A stretch of DNA of 54,044 nucleotides from Gemmatimonadales bacterium (lineage in GTDB: Bacteria; Gemmatimonadota; Gemmatimonadetes; Gemmatimonadales; GWC2-71-9), in NCBI GenBank assembly GCA_041613315.1, contig JBFJHJ010000020.1, forward strand, positions 1 through 54,044, given 5' to 3'. Below the pieces are notes generated by a model. It saw nothing but the letters and a program-made list of their open reading frames with translations. It had not been told where the DNA came from and searched no databases. This document shows, in pieces, positions 50,245 through 54,044 of the stretch; the first letter of the stretch is position 1, and every line of letters begins with the position of its first letter. Both the position numbers and the translations under genes were made by a program.

Positions 50245-50706
50245 ATGCCGGGAGCTGACCCGATCCCGATCGAGCCGGCCCGTCCCGACGACCTCGCGGG
50301 GGTGGCCGACCTGCTGCGCCGGGTCCGCCTACCCACCGACGGCCTCGCCGAGCACCGCGCGACGCTGCTCGTCGCCCGGGATGCGCGGGGGATCGTGGGC
50401 TCGGCGGCGCTGGAGGTGTACCAGGACGGGGCGCTCCTGCGATCGGTCGCCGTGGCCCCCGAGCACCGGGGGAGCGGCCTGGGCGAGCGCCTGACCCGGG
50501 CGGCGCTGGATCTCGCCCGTCGCCGCCGCGTCGCCGACGTGTACCTGCTCACCGAAACCGCGACCGGTTTCTTTCCGCGCTTCGGGTTCCGGTCGATCGA
50601 CCGTGCTACGGTGGCCCGCGGCGTCCAGCGGTCCGTCGAGTTTGCGTCCGTGTGTCCGGTGAGCGCGCAGGCGATGGTGCTGCACCTGAGCTCGGGCGGT
50701 GCTTGA
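50245..50706 (+). CDS. GNAT acetyltransferase, ArsN2-like
   Basis: LLRSVAV.PEHRGSGLG, YLLTETA..FF.RFGF, S.EF..VCP.SA..M. Confidence 0.85.
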   Translation: MPGADPIPIEPARPDDLAGVADLLRRVRLPTDGLAEHRATLLVARDARGIVGSAALEVYQDGALLRSVAVAPEHRGSGLGERLTRAALDLARRRRVADVYLLTETATGFFPRFGFRSIDRATVARGVQRSVEFASVCPVSAQAMVLHLSSGGA

Positions 50707-51262
50707 GCGCGACGTCGTGCTCTGGACCGTCGGGCACTCGACCCGCTCGGCGGACGATCTCCTCGCTCTGCTGCACGAGCACGACATCGCCCTGCTCGTC
50801 GACGTGCGCCGCTTCCCCGGGTCGCGCCGCCATCCCCAATTCGGTGCGGAGGCGCTGGCGGCCTCGCTCCGGGCCGAGGGCGTCGCGTATCTTCACGCGC
50901 CCGACCTAGGAGGCCGGCGGCCGCCGCGGCGCGACTCCCCCAATGTCGCCTGGCGCGAGCCGGGGTTCCGCGGCTACGCCGACTACAGCGTCACGGCGCG
51001 GTTTCGCGCCGCACTCGACGACCTGATGGAACACGCCCGCGCGACGCGAGTCGCCATCCTGTGCGCCGAGGCGCTGCCGTGGCGCTGCCACCGGCGGCTC
51101 ATCGCCGATCAGCTCGTGCTCGGCGGGTGGGAGGTCCGCCACATTCTCGCGCCCGGGCGCTCGGAGCGGCACGAGCTCCACCCGGCGGCGCGGCGCACGG
51201 CGGACGGCCACGTCGTCTATGGGTCTGGCGGGGGGCAGCTCGGACTCTTCTCGGAGCCGTGA
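50699..51262 (+). CDS. DUF488 family protein
   Basis: TVGHSTR, LVDVRRFPGSRRHPQF, LGGRR, LCAE..PWRCHR.LIAD; C-terminal QLGLF. Confidence 0.92.
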   Translation: MLERDVVLWTVGHSTRSADDLLALLHEHDIALLVDVRRFPGSRRHPQFGAEALAASLRAEGVAYLHAPDLGGRRPPRRDSPNVAWREPGFRGYADYSVTARFRAALDDLMEHARATRVAILCAEALPWRCHRRLIADQLVLGGWEVRHILAPGRSERHELHPAARRTADGHVVYGSGGGQLGLFSEP

Positions 51263-51307
51263 TCGGGTGGGCGCGGCCCGCGGGCCGCGCGGGTCCGGTA
51301 CAAACGA

Positions 51308-51337
51308 CGAGCCCCGACGCCTGGGCCCCGGGGCTCG
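51308..51337 (-). terminator. hairpin between convergent DUF488 and ferredoxin genes
   Basis: CGAGCCCCG...CGGGGCTCG stem, followed by TCGTTTG on the minus strand. Confidence 0.5.
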
Positions 51338-51358
51338 AAGACGGGGTGCGGTGCCCCC

Positions 51359-51631
51359 TTAGCCGGCGCGCCCCTTCGCGACTTCGCGTTCCGCGCCGTC
51401 CGCAAAGTAGTCGTAGTTCTTCGGGATGTAGCTCTTCCACTCTTCGGGTACGTCCTCCTCGGGGAAGATCGCGGTCACCGGACACTCCGGCTCGCACGCG
51501 CCGCAATCGATACACTCCTCGGGATGGATGAAAAGCTGGTCCTCACCCTCATAGATGCAATCGACGGGGCAGACGTCCACGCACCCGCGGTCTTTCACGT
51601 CGATACATGGTTCGGCGATGATGTAGGTCAT
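51359..51631 (-). CDS. fdxA: ferredoxin (7Fe dicluster type)
   Basis: [24 protein letters not shown] and [13 protein letters not shown]. Confidence 0.93.
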   Translation of the reverse strand: MTYIIAEPCIDVKDRGCVDVCPVDCIYEGEDQLFIHPEECIDCGACEPECPVTAIFPEEDVPEEWKSYIPKNYDYFADGAEREVAKGRAG

Positions 51632-51741
51632 GCGGTCTCCCGGCGGTCAATCACGCCTGTTCCGGCGGAATGTTGTCAGGCCCGGAAAGCCTGTCAAGTG
51701 ATGCCGTTGCCTCGTGTCGAGCGCACCTCCATCTTGCAAGG

Positions 51742-52728
51742 ATGCGAATCGCATCGCTACTGGCCAGCGCCACCGAGATCGCCTACGGGCTCGGGTTGGG
51801 TGACGCCGTTGTGGCCATCTCCCACGAGTGTGACTACCCGCCGGAGGCGCTCACCAAGCCCCGGATCAGCCGTCCGCGCGTCGAGCTCGATGGACTCGAC
51901 AGCGGGGCGATCGATGCGGCCGTGCGGGACGCCATGAGCCGCTACGGCGGCGTATACGAGGTGGACGAGGATCGGCTCCGGGAAGCCGATCCCGACCTGA
52001 TCTTGACGCAGGCCGTGTGTGAGGTGTGCGCCGTGCCCACCTCGCTGGCGGAGCAGGCGGCCGCGGTGCTCGCGGGCCGGCCGCGCATCCTCTCGCTGGA
52101 CTCCCATACGATCGCGGAGATTCTGGAGAGCGTTCGCGCGGTGGGGGAAGCTGCGGGGGTTTTGCGGCGGGCGGAGGTCCTGATCGCGTCACTGCGGGCC
52201 CGGATCGCGCGCGTCGCCGCACAGGTGGCGGGCGCGACCCGGCCACGCGTCCTGGCCCTCGAGTGGCTCGATCCGCCCTTCGTGCCGGGGCACTGGACGC
52301 CCGAGATGATCACGGCGGCGGGCGGCGTTACGCTCGCGGCGTCGGCGCAGGCACCGTCGCGGCAGGTCACGTGGAACGCGCTCGCCACCCTCGATCCGGA
52401 CGTGCTCCTCGTGATGCCGTGCGGGTACCGCCTGCCGGCCGCCGGTCGCGACGCCGCGCGCCATGCGGCTCGCCTCCTCGCAGTCGCCGGCCGCGCGGTG
52501 GCCGCCGGCCGTGGCTACGTGTTGAACGGCTCCGACTACTTCAATCGTTCCGGGCCGCGCATGGTGGACGGCATCGAGCTGCTGGCGGCCCTGCTGCATC
52601 CGGACCGGGTGCGCGGCGTGGCGCTCGCCGGCAAGGCCGAGGTGTGGAGGCCCAACGACGGGGCGCCGAGCCCCGGGGAGACGTCCAGCTCCCCGAACGA
52701 CACAGAACGGATCACGGACAGCGGATAA
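51742..52728 (+). CDS. BtuF-like (cobalamin/iron) substrate-binding fold protein lacking a signal peptide
   Basis: MRIASLLASATEI, SHECDYP, PDLILTQ.VC.VCAV, LEWLDPP..PGHW.PEM, FNRSGPR. Confidence 0.85.
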   Translation: MRIASLLASATEIAYGLGLGDAVVAISHECDYPPEALTKPRISRPRVELDGLDSGAIDAAVRDAMSRYGGVYEVDEDRLREADPDLILTQAVCEVCAVPTSLAEQAAAVLAGRPRILSLDSHTIAEILESVRAVGEAAGVLRRAEVLIASLRARIARVAAQVAGATRPRVLALEWLDPPFVPGHWTPEMITAAGGVTLAASAQAPSRQVTWNALATLDPDVLLVMPCGYRLPAAGRDAARHAARLLAVAGRAVAAGRGYVLNGSDYFNRSGPRMVDGIELLAALLHPDRVRGVALAGKAEVWRPNDGAPSPGETSSSPNDTERITDSG

Positions 52729-52747
52729 CCCTCAGGGAGAACGCAAC

Positions 52748-53176
52748 GTGCGCTACAACCCCTTGCTCGTGCAGCCGATGCGCGAGGATCTGACCCGTAT
52801 CGGGTTTCAGGAGATGATGACGCCGGAGGACGTGGACGACGTCGTCGGCCGGCGCGACGGCACGCTGTTGGTCGTGGTGAATTCGGTGTGTGGATGCGCA
52901 GCGGGCAAGGCTCGGCCGGGCGTGGCGCTCGCGCTCCGGCACCGTGCCGTCCCCGACCGGCTGGCCACGGTGTTTGCGGGGATGGAGCTCGACGCGACCG
53001 ACCGGGTGCGCTCGCACTTTCATGGCTATCCACCGTCGTCGCCCCAGATCGCCTTGTTCAAGGACGGCGCGCTGGTGCAGATGCTCGAGCGCAAAGACAT
53101 CGAGGGTCGCGACGCCGACGCGATCGCCGCCGAGCTCACGGCGGCGTTCGACCGCTACTGCAACGCCGCTGGCTGA
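52748..53176 (+). CDS. BrxA/BrxB family bacilliredoxin
   Basis: PMREDLT..GF, VVNSVCGCAAGKARP, TVFAG, PPSSP.IALFKDG, IEGR. Confidence 0.95.
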   Translation: MRYNPLLVQPMREDLTRIGFQEMMTPEDVDDVVGRRDGTLLVVVNSVCGCAAGKARPGVALALRHRAVPDRLATVFAGMELDATDRVRSHFHGYPPSSPQIALFKDGALVQMLERKDIEGRDADAIAAELTAAFDRYCNAAG

Positions 53177-53198
53177 GCGCTTCAGCCGGCGTCCGGCG

Positions 53199-53945
53199 GT
53201 GTTGCTCCTCGATCCCACGTCGCGCCCCCTCATCGGACACCGCGGCGCGTCCGGGGAATATCCGGAGAACACGCTCCTCGCGTTCGACCAGGCCCTGGCG
53301 CAGGGCGCCGACGCGCTCGAGCTCGACGTGCGGGTGAGCGCCGACGGGATCCCGGTGGTGATCCACGATGCGACGGTGGACCGGACGACGGACGGCGCCG
53401 GCCCGGTCGCCGGCTACTCGGCGGACGCGCTTGGCCGGCTCGATGCGGGCGCGGGTGAATCGGTGCCGCTTCTGGCGGAGGTCCTCGACCGATATGCCGA
53501 CACGCCGCTCGTCGTGGAGCTCAAGGAACGTGCGGCGGGGCCCGCCGTGGCGGGGTTGCTGCGACGGCACGGGGCGGCGAACCGCGTGCTGGTGGGCGCC
53601 TTCGACGGCGGCGCGCTCCGACCGTTCGCGCGGGCGCCGTTCGCGCGCGCCGCCTCGCGCGCGGAGACCGCGCTGTGCTGGGCGGCGTCCCGTCTCGGGC
53701 TCGTCCCGCCGGGCCGCTTCGCGGCCTTTACCGTGCCCGAGCGTCACGGCCTCGTGACGGTGGTGGACCGGGCCTTCGTGCGTGCCGCCCGGCGGCGCGG
53801 CCGGCCCGTGCACGTGTGGACGGTGGACGACCCTGTCGAGGCGGCACGGCTGCGGGGGCTGGGCGTCGCGGGTATCATTACGAACTTCCCGGCGCGCCTG
53901 CGCGCCGCTCAATCCAGTCAGGGAGCGAACCCATGGGTCAATTGA
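53199..53945 (+). CDS. glycerophosphodiester phosphodiesterase
   Basis: IGHRGASG.YPENTL.AF, ELDV..SADG..VV.HD..VDRTT, VELK, VWTVD, GIITN.P. Confidence 0.93.
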   Translation: MLLLDPTSRPLIGHRGASGEYPENTLLAFDQALAQGADALELDVRVSADGIPVVIHDATVDRTTDGAGPVAGYSADALGRLDAGAGESVPLLAEVLDRYADTPLVVELKERAAGPAVAGLLRRHGAANRVLVGAFDGGALRPFARAPFARAASRAETALCWAASRLGLVPPGRFAAFTVPERHGLVTVVDRAFVRAARRRGRPVHVWTVDDPVEAARLRGLGVAGIITNFPARLRAAQSSQGANPWVN

Positions 53946-54044
53946 GTTGTCGTGTCGCGCTGGCCGCCCTGCTCGCCGTCGGCCTGGGTCCCGGTGCGGC
54001 GGACCTCGGCGCCCAGCGCCGCGGCCCGGCGTGCGCTCCGGACC
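53933..54044 (+). CDS. 5' end of a secreted protein, truncated by the window edge
   Basis: GGGAG SD, ATG, MGQLSCRVALAALLAVGLGPGAADLGAQ signal-peptide-like sequence. Confidence 0.55.
   Translation, partial: MGQLSCRVALAALLAVGLGPGAADLGAQRRGPACAPD

Noticed and set aside
50245..50706. Arsenic resistance operon
   Set aside because: Only an ArsN2-like GNAT; no arsR/arsC/acr3 nearby

Overview
A high-GC bacterial chromosomal segment, densely coding, with about 48 protein genes. The gene repertoire (Ser/Thr kinase-TPR, TonB/plug proteins, many secreted peptidases, bacilliredoxin) suggests Gemmatimonadota; this is an inference. I found no rRNA, tRNA, CRISPR array, transposase or phage genes. Recognisable modules: an Omp85 barrel fused to an atypical kinase-like domain, upstream of a CYTH/NUDIX-like-PPK1 fusion; divergent NHEJ genes ku/ligD followed by hydrolase, EVE and DUF72 genes; several amide ligase/hydrolase genes (ATP-grasp, CocE/NonD, YbdK, GGT, penicillin acylase, GCS2-CBS with AstE/AspA); a LolA-like/LolCDE-like/OM-barrel operon; an XRE regulator with a triple operator and decayed membrane-protein genes; and udk, fdxA, brx and glpQ-like genes. 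The most unusual signals are (1) a ~215-nt structured intergenic unit at 10435-10688 with its own promoter and terminator, a 14-nt match to the 16S rRNA 3' end complement and a 19-aa sORF, and (2) the kinase-Omp85 + CYTH-NUDIX-PPK1 polyphosphate locus. All family calls come from motif recognition by eye; no searches were run.
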